A DNA stretch of 64,000 nt, from positions 608,001 to 672,000 of the forward strand of contig CBDCVR010000015.1 of the NCBI GenBank assembly GCA_965223155.1, written 5' to 3'. The DNA comes from Candidatus Multivoradales bacterium (GTDB taxonomy: Bacteria; Acidobacteriota; Thermoanaerobaculia; Multivoradales; JAHEKO01). The notes beneath the pieces are model-generated. The model searched no databases. It had not been told where the DNA came from and was given only the letters and a program-made list of their open reading frames with translations. A program made the translations under genes and the position numbers. This document shows positions 32,508 through 45,638 of the stretch, one piece after another (within the stretch, counting starts at the first letter, position 1; each line of letters begins with the position of its first letter).

Positions 32508-33485
32508 GTGATCCAGGCGCGCGCCCGCTACTTCGGCAAGGCCCCGGCGGCCTACGCCGAGCTCAATCGGCAAGGTATCGGAGACACCGGTGCGGCCCCG
32601 GCCGAGCCCGCTCCGGGCTCCGCCCAAGCGTTCGTCCGGGCGGCCACGGTTGGCGATCTCGCCTCGACCGTCCGAGTCGTGAGATTGCCGGGTCCGGCCC
32701 GGGACGAGCTGCGCTCGAAGAGCCCGGCCGCCCTCGCCGAGCTCGCAGAGCTGCGCGCGGCCGGGTACCTCGCTGCCCTGCGCGGCGGCCGCGAGACGGA
32801 TCTGGCGCGGCCGCTGGCGGCGGCGGCGCGCGGGTTCGCCCACGAGCGCTGCCCGAACCTCCGCGGTCTGGTGGAAGCGGTCGAGTCGGTCCTGGCCGGA
32901 GGGCCGCTCTTTGTTCGGACGCTCAAGCTGGACCGCGCCCGGGCTTCGAGCACCGACCCCAGCGCCGAGCTCGCCCGGACCAACCTCCACTTCGATGCCG
33001 GCAAGAGCTGCCTTGCCGAGTACCGCGAGCCGATCTTTCAGTTCTATCTCAACGCCGGCCTCGAGCCGCGGCAGTTCCGGATCCTGCCGGTTCCCCGCCC
33101 GGAGCTCCTGGCCAGGGTCGCGGAGGCAACCGGCCGGGCGATCCCGGACCTCGACCACGATCCTCTGGACCGGGTCCTGGCCGAGTACCTTCAACGGGTT
33201 GATCCGGTTGAACAGGTCGAGCACGCGGAGGCCTCAGACAACGGCGAGCACTCGAAGCCGGAGGCTCGGCTCGAGTGGATCCCGGTGCCCTCCGGCTATC
33301 TCGCGGTCTTCGACGGGCGCACCTTCGCTCACGATGCCGGCAAGGGGGCCTTGCTGGGCGGCCGCTTCGAGCCCAGTCAGGAGCCCGACTTCGTCCTCGC
33401 CCTCGATACCGTCACCACCGGCTACCACGCCGGCCACTACCGGCCCGAGCTGCCGTTCTTCGAGGACACCGGCTTTTCCGCCTAG
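32508..33485 (+). CDS. Putative Fe(II)/2-oxoglutarate oxygenase, Kdo-hydroxylase (KdoO)-like
   Basis: LHFD...FQFYLN...PR and distal G...FD....AH suggest a His-x-Asp...His triad. GTG start at 32508 (alternative 32463). Confidence 0.6.
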   Translation: MIQARARYFGKAPAAYAELNRQGIGDTGAAPAEPAPGSAQAFVRAATVGDLASTVRVVRLPGPARDELRSKSPAALAELAELRAAGYLAALRGGRETDLARPLAAAARGFAHERCPNLRGLVEAVESVLAGGPLFVRTLKLDRARASSTDPSAELARTNLHFDAGKSCLAEYREPIFQFYLNAGLEPRQFRILPVPRPELLARVAEATGRAIPDLDHDPLDRVLAEYLQRVDPVEQVEHAEASDNGEHSKPEARLEWIPVPSGYLAVFDGRTFAHDAGKGALLGGRFEPSQEPDFVLALDTVTTGYHAGHYRPELPFFEDTGFSA

Positions 33486-33596
33486 GGGCCCCCGCCTCGA
33501 CACTGAAGCTCACCGACCCTGTCTGCGATACCCAGCCCGACCTGCTCTCGGTCCCGTATCCGAAGCTCCCGCCCGCTTCGGCGGCTCGAACCCGGA

Positions 33597-33974
33597 TCAG
33601 GGTCGAGCGACGATCGACTTGCGAATCCAAGCTTCGAGAACGGTGACGTCGCACGTGCCCTCTTCGAGGTGACCGATCAGGAACGAGGGAGCTGACTCGG
33701 CCTCGACCTCGAACTTCCAGCCATTGCGTCGGAGAAACACGTCGGTCGCAAGAAACGCTACCCGCTTGTTGGCATCCACGAACGGATGGCTCTTCAGCAG
33801 TGACTCGAACAGAGCCGCTGCCATCTGCGGCAGGTCGTCGTAGTACCCGGTTTGTGGTCGAAACAGAGCGCTCTCGAGAGCTCCCGGATCACGAAGCCCG
33901 CTGGAGCCGCCGAAGGCTTCCGTCAGCCGATCGCGAATCGCAATCGCCTCATCGACCGACAGAAACTCCGTCAT
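33597..33974 (-). CDS. doc: Fic/Doc family toxin (death-on-curing)
   Basis: GG..GLRD.G.LESAL.RP and HPFVDANKR motifs; overlaps the antitoxin stop. Confidence 0.92.
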   Translation of the reverse strand: MTEFLSVDEAIAIRDRLTEAFGGSSGLRDPGALESALFRPQTGYYDDLPQMAAALFESLLKSHPFVDANKRVAFLATDVFLRRNGWKFEVEAESAPSFLIGHLEEGTCDVTVLEAWIRKSIVARP

Positions 33975-34183
33975 TCGGCTGGTCGCCGGCCAAGCTCACG
34001 GTTCTCGGCGATCGAGTCCTCCAGGTGCTGCTGCACGACAGGCCGCACCCTTCTGCGACGCACGTAGTCCCGAATTGCCTCCGTCAGGAGACCCGAGATG
34101 CTCTGGTGCGACTCGTCGGCTAGCGCCTTGAGCTCCTCCCAGGCTGCCTTGTCTACCTTGGAACTGACCTTGATGGCTGCCAT
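33971..34183 (-). CDS. Ribbon-helix-helix antitoxin
   Basis: 70 aa, KVSSKVD..helix..SISGLLTEAIRDY; directly upstream of the toxin. Confidence 0.85.
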   Translation of the reverse strand: MAAIKVSSKVDKAAWEELKALADESHQSISGLLTEAIRDYVRRRRVRPVVQQHLEDSIAENRELGRRPAE

Positions 34184-34195
34184 GCCCGGAGTGTG

Positions 34196-34209
34196 CTTGA
34201 CTTGTCAAG
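34196..34209. promoter_or_regulatory. Palindromic TA operator candidate
   Basis: CTTGAC-TT-GTCAAG inverted repeat 13 bp upstream of the antitoxin ATG. Confidence 0.6.
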
Positions 34210-34229
34210 ACATGGACGTTTGGCGTCCA

Positions 34230-34595
34230 CTAGGGAGTCCGGAGGATCTTCTCCATCTTGCGTCCTCTCGCCAGCTCGTCTATCAACTTGTCCAGGTACC
34301 TGGCCTGCCGGGTCAACGGCGTTTCGATGTCTTCGATTCGATAGCCACAAATCGAGCCGGTGATCAAGCTCGCATTCGGGTTGAGGGTGGCCTCGGCAAA
34401 GAACTGTTCGAACGTAGCGCCGCTCTCGATCAGACGGTCTAGATCGTTCGCCTCGAAACCGGTCAGCCACGAAATGACCTGGTGCAGCTCCTCGACGGTT
34501 CGCCCCTTCTTCTCGACCTTCGCCACGTAGTGCGGGTAGACAGAACCGAACTTCAGGTTCGCGACGCGCTCATCGTGAGCTTTGGTGGTCGTCAT
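34230..34595 (-). CDS. DUF2200 family protein
   Basis: F.SVYPHY.AK.EKKGRT..E...VI.WLTG, ITG.ICGYR and YLDKLIDELA.G motifs. Confidence 0.92.
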   Translation of the reverse strand: MTTTKAHDERVANLKFGSVYPHYVAKVEKKGRTVEELHQVISWLTGFEANDLDRLIESGATFEQFFAEATLNPNASLITGSICGYRIEDIETPLTRQARYLDKLIDELARGRKMEKILRTP

Positions 34596-34650
34596 AGCGG
34601 CGTGTTGATCTTACACCTGCCGAAGAAGCGCTCGTCGTCGTATCCGCCCG

Positions 34651-35442
34651 TGCCCCTTGGTCGGGGCATCTGACCTGAAACTAGGCGCCGCAGGTTGCGG
34701 CAGATGCCAGGCGCGGCGCCCGAGGACGGCAAAGGCGTGGTCCGCTACGCCAAGGGCGGCCGAGGGCCGCGCAAGACACCCTCTGCTCGGAGCATCTGAC
34801 CTGGAACCAGGCGCCGCAGGTTGCGGCAGATGCCAGGCGCGGCGCCCGAGGACGCCGGAGGCGTGGTCCGCTACGCCGACGCCGGCCGAGGGCCGCGCAA
34901 GACACCCTCTGCTCGGAGCATCTGACTTGGAACTAGGCGCCGCAGGTTGCGGCAGATGCCAGGCGCGGCGCCCGAGGACGCCGGAGGCGTAGTCCGCTAC
35001 GTCCCAGAGGACGGCCGAGGGCCGCCGCAAGACACCCCTTTGGCCGGGGCTTCTGACCTGGAACCAGGCGCCGCAGGTTGCGGCAGGTGCCAGGCGCGGC
35101 GCCCGAGGACGCCAAAGGCGTAGTCCGCTACGCCAAGGGCGGCCGAGGGCCGCGCAAGACACCCTCTGCTCGGAGCATCTGACCTGGAACCAGGCGCCGC
35201 AGGTTGCGGCAGATGCCAGGCGCGGCGCCCGAGGACGCCGGAGGCGTAGTCCGCTACGCCGAGGGAGCCCGAGGGCCGTCGCAAGATGCCCTTTGGCCGG
35301 GGCTTCTGACCTGGAACTAGGCGCCGCAGGTTGCGGCAGATGCCAGGCGCGGCGTCCGAGGACGCCGGAGGCGTAGTCCGCTACGTCGAGGACGGCCGAG
35401 GGCCGCCGCAACGCCGCAGATGCCGTGACCTGCGGCGCCTAG
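34651..35442. repeat. Tandem array of six ~126-bp palindromic units; the last is a complete CTAG-bounded TIR element
   Basis: Units start at 34681, 34807, 34933, 35064, 35190 and 35317 (periods 126,126,131,126,127). Unit 35317-35442 has a 15-bp perfect TIR, CTAGGCGCCGCAGGT. Confidence 0.95.
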
Positions 35443-36433
35443 TCCCAGGTGAGGGAGCCGCCGGTCTGATACTCAGTGACTCTGGTCTCGAAGAAGTTCT
35501 TCTCCTTCGAAAGATCCGTCGCCTGGGACATCCAGGGAAAGGGATTTTCCCGTCCGTAGCGCTTGGCGAGCTCCAGCCGCTCGAGGCGCCGGTCGGCGAT
35601 GTATTCGACGTACTGGCAGAACTTCTCGGGATTGATCCCCAGGAGACCTTCGGGGCAGGCGTCGAAGGCGTAGCGCTTCTCATACTCGACGGACTCCTCG
35701 ACCAGGGACACGACCTCGTCCTTGAAGCTCGACGTCCAGACCTCCGGATTCTCTTTCTTGATCGTGTTGATGAGGTCGCAGCCGAAGGCCAGATGCAGGC
35801 TCTCGTCACGCATGATGTATTCGAACTGCTCGCCAATTCCGACCATCTTGTTCTGACGCTTCAGAGCCAGCATCATGGCGAAGCCGGCGTAGAAGAAGAT
35901 GCCTTCCATCAGGACGTAGAAGCCGACCAGGTCCCGCAGGAAAAGCTGGATATTCTCGGTGCCGTCGGTGACGAAGGTCGGGTCGAACACGGTCTTCGTC
36001 AGATCGACGACGAAGTTGTCTTTCTCCTCGATCGAGGGAATCGTCTTGTACATGTTGAAGACGTCGTCCGGATCGAGGCCCAGGGTGTCGCAGCAGTAGA
36101 TGAAGGTGTCGGTGTGAATGGCCTCTTCGAAGGCCTGGCGCAGGAGGTACTGGCGCGATTCGGGGTTGGTGATGTGGTTGTAGACCGCGAGCACGATGTT
36201 GTTGGCGGTCAGCGATTCGGCGGTCGAGAAGAACCCCAGGTTCCAGAGGATCATGCGCCGCTCGGTCTCGGACAGGACGTCTTTCGACTTCCACTGCTCG
36301 ACGTCCTTCTGCATCGAGACCTCTTCCGGGGTCCAGTTGTTGGCGACCCCGGACTTGTAGTACTCGCGCGCCCAGGGATAGGTGATGGGCAGGATCTTGT
36401 TGGGATCCGTCTTCGAGGAGTTGATGATTCCCA

Positions 36434-36434
<1 letters not shown>
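35439..36434 (-). CDS. nrdB: Ribonucleotide reductase beta subunit, class Ic (R2c)-type
   Basis: FFSTAES, EEAIHTDTF, EGIFFY, RDESLH and NFFETRVTEYQ motifs. ATG overlaps the nrdA TAA (TAATG). Confidence 0.95.
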
Positions 36435-39235
<2,801 letters not shown>

Positions 39236-39431
39236 TGAGATTCTCCACTCGCTCCGCTAGGAATCGAAACGATCAAGGCGCCCACCGGCGCCGGGTTTCC
39301 GCTCGTTTTCAACCAAGGACCCGCCGTCTCACCCAGCCCCCCATTCCTTGAACCCTGAGCTACGTTCCTGGAAGGGCACCCCACCTCCTCGTCGTTTCGA
39401 GTCCCTCCCCGCCTTGTCTGAGGCGGGCGCG

Positions 39432-39481
39432 AAAGTACAAGATGTAGTCCCCTCTGTCAAGGCGACCACAATATCCTGTGG
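39432..39481 (-). promoter_or_regulatory. nrdA sigma70 promoter with tandem NrdR boxes
   Basis: TTGACA (39460-55), 17 nt, TACTTT (39437-32). Boxes gtaCAAGATGTAGtcc (39435-50) and ccaCAATATCCTGtgg (39466-81) are 31 bp apart and match acaCwAtATaTwGtgt. Confidence 0.85.
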
Positions 39482-39643
39482 TCTTGCTTGCACAGGACCC
39501 TGTGCAAACCGGGACCGGCGGAAATTTTTCTGTGTTGATCGCTACTTACCGAGACCCTTCGGAACCGGACGAAAGGCGCAAGGCGAGCGTAAAGTTCGGC
39601 CCAGACCGGGCCGTCTTGCCCTCAAAGTAAGGCTTTCTGTAAT

Positions 39644-40750
39644 CTATGGATTCAGGGCTTGTTGCGGGCCGGCAAAGACATGGTACGCGCGCTCGCGCAG
39701 CTCGAGTCGAACCGGACTTCCGACCGGCAGCGTCGCCGACGACAGCGAGCGGACTTCGACGCGCTCGCCGTTGGCCAGTTCCACCAGATCCAGCACGTCG
39801 TGGCCGAAGAATCGGCGATCCACCACGGTTCCGGCGATCCCGCCGCCCTGGGACCAGCGATGGACGATGAAGTCCTCGGGCCGCACGAAGACCACTCCAT
39901 CGCCGTCCGGCGCCTCGCAGGTGGCCTCCCCGAAAACCGACCGGAAGCGGCCCGAGACCACCTCGCATTCGAGCAGGCTGCCCTCGCCCAAGAAACCGGC
40001 GACTTCGGCCGAGACGGGATGGTGGTAGACGGCCTCGGGGGCGCCGGTCTGGACGATCCGGCCCGCCATCATGACCGCGACGACATCCGAGAAGCTCAGA
40101 GCCTCTTCCTGGTCGTGGGTAACCAGGATGGCGGAGAGCTCGGCCTTCTCGAGAATCGTTCGCACCTCATCGCGCACGCGCTCGCGAAGCGAAGCGTCGA
40201 GGCTCGCGAACGGCTCGTCCAGAAGCACCAGCTTGGGCCGCGGCGCCAGCGCCCGGGCCAGGGCCACTCGCTGCCGCTGGCCGCCCGAAAGCTGATCCGG
40301 GAAGCGATCGGCGTGGCCGTCTAGAGCGACCAAGGCCAGCACCTCGCGGATCCTTGCCTCCCGATCCGCTCGGCGGCGGATTCCATAGCCGACGTTGTCG
40401 AAGACGGTCAGGTGCGGGAAAAGCGCTCCCTCCTGAAAGACCATGCCGATGTTGCGCCGCTCCGGCGGAATCCAGGCTTCGAGCCGGTAAGCGCGGGCCG
40501 AGCCGTTGCCGGCCCCAGCATCCCTTCCAGCCGCCTCGACGACGACAGCGCCGGCAAACTCCACGCGCCCCGCATCCGGCTTCTCGAAGCCGGCGATGGT
40601 GCGAAGCAAAGTCGTCTTGCCGCAGCCGCTGGGTCCCACCAGGCCCACGATCTGGCGCTCGCCAACCGCAAGCGTCGCGCGCCGCACCGCCTCGACTCCG
40701 GGATAGGAGACGCAGACGCCGTCGACTCGAAGAAGATCGGTCGCGGCCAT
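39644..40750 (-). CDS. Fe3+ ABC transporter ATP-binding protein
   Basis: GPSGCGKT, LSGGQ, LLDEPF and a TOBE domain. ATG at 40750. Confidence 0.92.
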   Translation of the reverse strand: MAATDLLRVDGVCVSYPGVEAVRRATLAVGERQIVGLVGPSGCGKTTLLRTIAGFEKPDAGRVEFAGAVVVEAAGRDAGAGNGSARAYRLEAWIPPERRNIGMVFQEGALFPHLTVFDNVGYGIRRRADREARIREVLALVALDGHADRFPDQLSGGQRQRVALARALAPRPKLVLLDEPFASLDASLRERVRDEVRTILEKAELSAILVTHDQEEALSFSDVVAVMMAGRIVQTGAPEAVYHHPVSAEVAGFLGEGSLLECEVVSGRFRSVFGEATCEAPDGDGVVFVRPEDFIVHRWSQGGGIAGTVVDRRFFGHDVLDLVELANGERVEVRSLSSATLPVGSPVRLELRERAYHVFAGPQQALNP

Positions 40751-42438
40751 CAGGCGGCGACCTCCCCGGCGGCCGGCCGAGCCTCGCGGGCGGCCGGGCG
40801 CGAGCTTGCCGGACCGCCGTCTCGAAGGACCGGCCTCAGAATCAGCGCGTAGACCGGCAACGCCGAGACTCCAACCAGAATCAAGGCCGGCAACGCAGCC
40901 TGGGAAAAGATGTTCTCTGACGCCGCCGTCCACACACGGGTGGCAAGGGTATCGAACCCGGTGGGCCGGAGGATCAGAGTCGCCGGCAGCTCCTTCATGG
41001 TGGTCAGAAACACCAGACCGGCGCCCGCGGCCAGACCCGGCCGGATGAGGGGCAGGGTCACGCGGCGCAGGACTCCGGCCGGTGAATCCCCCAGACTTCG
41101 TGCGGCTTCCTCGTACCGGCGATCCAGAGACAAGAGCGACGACCGAGTCGCCGCCAGGGCCTCGGGAAGAAAGCGAACCAAGTAGGCAAAGATGAGGACC
41201 GCCAAGCTTTGGTAGAGCGGCCGCGCCAGCCGGGTGGTCAGAAACACCAGAGACAGGGCCACCACGATGCCGGGCAAGGCATAGCCCGAGTAGGAGAGCC
41301 CGAGGACGGCCTGGGAGGCCTTGCCGCCGCGCGCGCTCCCGGGGCGCGTCCCGGGCCGGGTCGACCAGAGCGCGGCAGGCAGGGACAAGGCCACCGCCAC
41401 CAGAGCGGCCAGGGCGGCAACCCCGAGGGAGTTCACCGCGGCCTCACCCGCGATCTCGAGTGGATTGCCGACCCGTAGGGCGCGGACCGCCCAGTGCACG
41501 ATGACCGCGAGCGGTGCGACGAGATTGAGCAGCGCGATGGTGCCGACGCAGAGCAAGGCGGGAGCGCGCCAGCGTCCCAGCCGTACCGGCCGCGTCCTGC
41601 CGGCCGGCCTGGCGCCGCTCGTTCGCACGCGGCGGGCCAACCGGTTCTCGACCGCGATGACGACGAGCGTGGCCGCCACCAGCAAGCTCGCCAGAGCGGC
41701 CGCCACGGATCGATCGAAGAGCCCCTGATAGGCGTTATAGATCGACAGCGTAAAGGTATTGAAGCGAACGATCGACACCGCTCCAAAGTCGGACAGCGTA
41801 TAGAGCGCCACCAAGAGGCCGCCGCCGTAGAGGGCCGGGCGAAGCTGAGGCAAGGTCGCGGTCAGAAAGACGCCAAGCCGCCCGCGGCCCAAACTCCGGG
41901 CCGCTTCTTCGGTCGCCGGATCCACGGTCTTGAGCGCCCCGACGGTGAGCAAGAACACATAGGGGTAGGTAAAGAGCGCCAGCACCAGCCAGGCGCCGAC
42001 GAAGCCGTAGGCGAAACCGGGCAGGGTCTCCACTCCGGCAAAGGCCAGGGCTTTTTGCAGCCAACCGCGCGGCCCCCAGACCGCCACCCAAGAAAAGGCA
42101 GCGACATACGAAGGAAAGACCAGAGGCAGAGCCGCCGCCATCGCCCACAGCCGACGGGTGGGAAGATCGGTTCGGGTCACCAGCCAGGCGAGCAGGACCG
42201 CGAGCGGCACAGCCGTCGCCACCACCGCGCCCACCAAGAGGGCGGTCCGGCCGAAGAGCCGGACAGTCTGCTCGGCCAAGACGATCTCGGCGTAGCGCCG
42301 CCAGCCGATGCCGCCGACGCGCACCAGCAGGTAGAGAATCGGGACGTTGACCGCCGCCGCCGTCATGACCGCCAGCATCGCCGTCCACCCGAACCGGCGC
42401 CCGGTGCGCGGGCCGGCTGGGACGGACACGTCGGACAC
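40750..42438 (-). CDS. Fe3+ ABC transporter permease (FbpB/SfuB-like)
   Basis: Two EAA loops (EEAARSLG) plus YPYVF, SDFG and KELPAT motifs. Confidence 0.92.
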   Translation of the reverse strand: MSDVSVPAGPRTGRRFGWTAMLAVMTAAAVNVPILYLLVRVGGIGWRRYAEIVLAEQTVRLFGRTALLVGAVVATAVPLAVLLAWLVTRTDLPTRRLWAMAAALPLVFPSYVAAFSWVAVWGPRGWLQKALAFAGVETLPGFAYGFVGAWLVLALFTYPYVFLLTVGALKTVDPATEEAARSLGRGRLGVFLTATLPQLRPALYGGGLLVALYTLSDFGAVSIVRFNTFTLSIYNAYQGLFDRSVAAALASLLVAATLVVIAVENRLARRVRTSGARPAGRTRPVRLGRWRAPALLCVGTIALLNLVAPLAVIVHWAVRALRVGNPLEIAGEAAVNSLGVAALAALVAVALSLPAALWSTRPGTRPGSARGGKASQAVLGLSYSGYALPGIVVALSLVFLTTRLARPLYQSLAVLIFAYLVRFLPEALAATRSSLLSLDRRYEEAARSLGDSPAGVLRRVTLPLIRPGLAAGAGLVFLTTMKELPATLILRPTGFDTLATRVWTAASENIFSQAALPALILVGVSALPVYALILRPVLRDGGPASSRPAAREARPAAGEVAA

Positions 42439-42460
42439 CTCGGAAAACCGACGGATCGAG

Positions 42461-43507
42461 CTAGCGAATCAGACCGCTGGCATCGATGGCCTGGAGGGTC
42501 TCGGCGAGCGCGCTCGAGACCGCGCCGAAATCCACCTCGGGGGTCCGAATCGCGGCCAGCTCGGGCAGACCCTCCGGCGCTTCGACGCCGGCAACCAGCG
42601 GATACTCGAAGGTCTCGACGGCGAAGTACCGCTGGGCCTCGTCTCCCAACAGAAACTCCACCAGCTGGCGCCCGGCCTCGGAGTCCCGGAGGAGCCCGAC
42701 TCCGGCGACGTTCACGAAACTGGAGGCCACGCCCTCGGGCATGAAAAAGTTCCGGGCAGTGACCTCCGGATTCTCGCTCTTGGCCCGCCACAGGTAGTAG
42801 TGGTTGACCAGGCCGAAGTCGATCTCCCCGGCGATGACGGCTTCGACGATCGCGCCGTTCTTGGGATAGGCCTGCGGCCGGCTGGAAGCGATCGCCGCGA
42901 GCACGGCGTCGGCGGCCGCGGCTCCCTCCGCCGCCCGCACCACCGCCATGTGTGCTTGGAACGATCCGTTGGTCGGGGCCACGCCGAAGCGACCCTGGTA
43001 CCGCGGCTCGCCCAGGGCTGCCAGCGTCGTCGGCAGCTCCTCGGGGACGATGCGAGACGGCTCGAAAACCACGCTCCGGGCCCGCCCCGAGACCCCCACC
43101 CAATCACCGCCGGGAGAGCGGTAGACGGCCGGCACTCGGTCGAGCAGCTCGCCGGCAAGTCGGCTCAAGCGGCCCGCCCCGGACAGCGCGCCCAGAGCCG
43201 CGGCGTCCTGGGACAGAAACGCATGGGCGGGGGAATGCTCGCCCTCTTCCAGAATCGTTGCCGCCAGCTCGGAAGTGCCGCCGTAGCGAACCTCGATCTC
43301 GACGCCCGTGGCCTCGCTGAACGAAGCCAGAAGCGGCGCCACCAGCGACTCGCTCCGGCCCGAATAGAGCACCAGGGGCTCGGCCGTCGCGGACTCCGGC
43401 GCTTCGTTCCGGCCGGCATCCGGCCCACAGGCGCCAAAAGCGACGAGCAGGGCCGGTACGGCGAGCAAGGCGTTCGACACGATCGGGACACGGCGAGGGC
43501 AGTTCAT
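42461..43507 (-). CDS. Fe3+ ABC transporter substrate-binding lipoprotein (FbpA/FutA-like)
   Basis: Lipobox FGA|C, YSGR, NHYY iron-binding Tyr pair and EYP. The start may lie slightly downstream. Confidence 0.9.
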   Translation of the reverse strand: MNCPRRVPIVSNALLAVPALLVAFGACGPDAGRNEAPESATAEPLVLYSGRSESLVAPLLASFSEATGVEIEVRYGGTSELAATILEEGEHSPAHAFLSQDAAALGALSGAGRLSRLAGELLDRVPAVYRSPGGDWVGVSGRARSVVFEPSRIVPEELPTTLAALGEPRYQGRFGVAPTNGSFQAHMAVVRAAEGAAAADAVLAAIASSRPQAYPKNGAIVEAVIAGEIDFGLVNHYYLWRAKSENPEVTARNFFMPEGVASSFVNVAGVGLLRDSEAGRQLVEFLLGDEAQRYFAVETFEYPLVAGVEAPEGLPELAAIRTPEVDFGAVSSALAETLQAIDASGLIR

Positions 43508-43577
43508 CGGAAGTTGAGACCTTTCGGGAGTTGGGACGTTCCGCCGCTTCCCAAGGGGGTGCCACGGGCGGGCGGAG

Positions 43578-43607
43578 ATTCTGGACAGGATCAGTCCTAT
43601 TTGTCAA
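43578..43607 (-). promoter_or_regulatory. Promoter candidate for the iron ABC operon, with an internal inverted repeat
   Basis: TTGACA, 18 nt, CAGAAT. The spacer contains the dyad AGGA-CTGA-TCCT. Confidence 0.55.
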
Positions 43608-43692
43608 CGACGGCCGGCAACCGCACCACCGTCCAGGCTGCCTCCTGGGCCATCGCGCGGCGGTCGGATCCGCCCAGGCGTCAACCGGGTGC

Positions 43693-44084
43693 TCAGTCCG
43701 AGGACTCGTCCGATGACGAAGGATGCAGCCAGCGGTGAACCCGCAGCCGGAAGCGTTCCAGCATGTCCATGCCCTTCGGCCAGCGCACGAACACTCGCCG
43801 CAGCAGCCGGTAGACGGTCTCGCTGGCGACCGACAGCACCGCCGCGCCGGCCAGAATCGTCAGCACGCCCTGGATGCCGGGCAGGGCCAAGCCGGCGACG
43901 CCGACCAAGAGCAGGCTCCAGCCCACTACGAACGTCAAGATTCGAGTGCCTAGCGACAGACGCGGCAGCGCCGGCGTGGCGGACTCACGGTCGCCGGCTT
44001 CCGGCGGTTCACCGGCGTCGGCGTTGCCCGGGGCCGGTCGGGCGCCTTGACGCCCCTCATCTTCGCCGCCCTCGCGGCCGGCGG

Positions 44085-44088
<4 letters not shown>
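43693..44088 (-). CDS. Small membrane protein (PGPGW-like)
   Basis: Two TM segments around GLALPGIQG; GTG overlaps the gltA stop. Confidence 0.75.
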
Positions 44089-45356
<1,268 letters not shown>

Positions 45357-45443
45357 GCAACATTTCCTTCTGAGGGACGCTGTCCTTCCGGCCGCGCGCG
45401 GGCGCCACCGACAAGACGGAAACCACGCGAACCGGGGCCGGAA

Positions 45444-45472
45444 ATCTTACCGCCCGGCCGGCCCAGCGGCAA
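45444..45472 (-). promoter_or_regulatory. gltA sigma70 promoter candidate
   Basis: TTGCCG, 17 nt, TAAGAT. Confidence 0.6.
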
Positions 45473-45638
45473 CCGCGACCCGGGACCTCGGCGTGACGAT
45501 TCGGTGCCGGTTCGAGTCCATCGCCGGCCGCTGGCCCGCGCCACGTCCCAGGGCTTCGAGTGCCGAGGTCGCGGCCCGCGGCCCCCTGGGTCGAACGATG
45601 CCGACTGCCGGTACGAATCGTTTGGCTGGCAGCCCGTG

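Noticed and set aside
34611-35411. 266-aa repetitive ORF and other ORFs inside the array
   Set aside because: These are a by-product of GC-rich repeats; periods of 131 and 127 shift the frame between units.
34651-35442. CRISPR array interpretation
   Set aside because: Units are ~126 bp, the variable parts are short and reused rather than unique spacers, and there are no cas genes in the window.
39236-39430. Cobalamin riboswitch upstream of nrdA
   Set aside because: No GGGAA..GCCACTG/B12-box core is visible.
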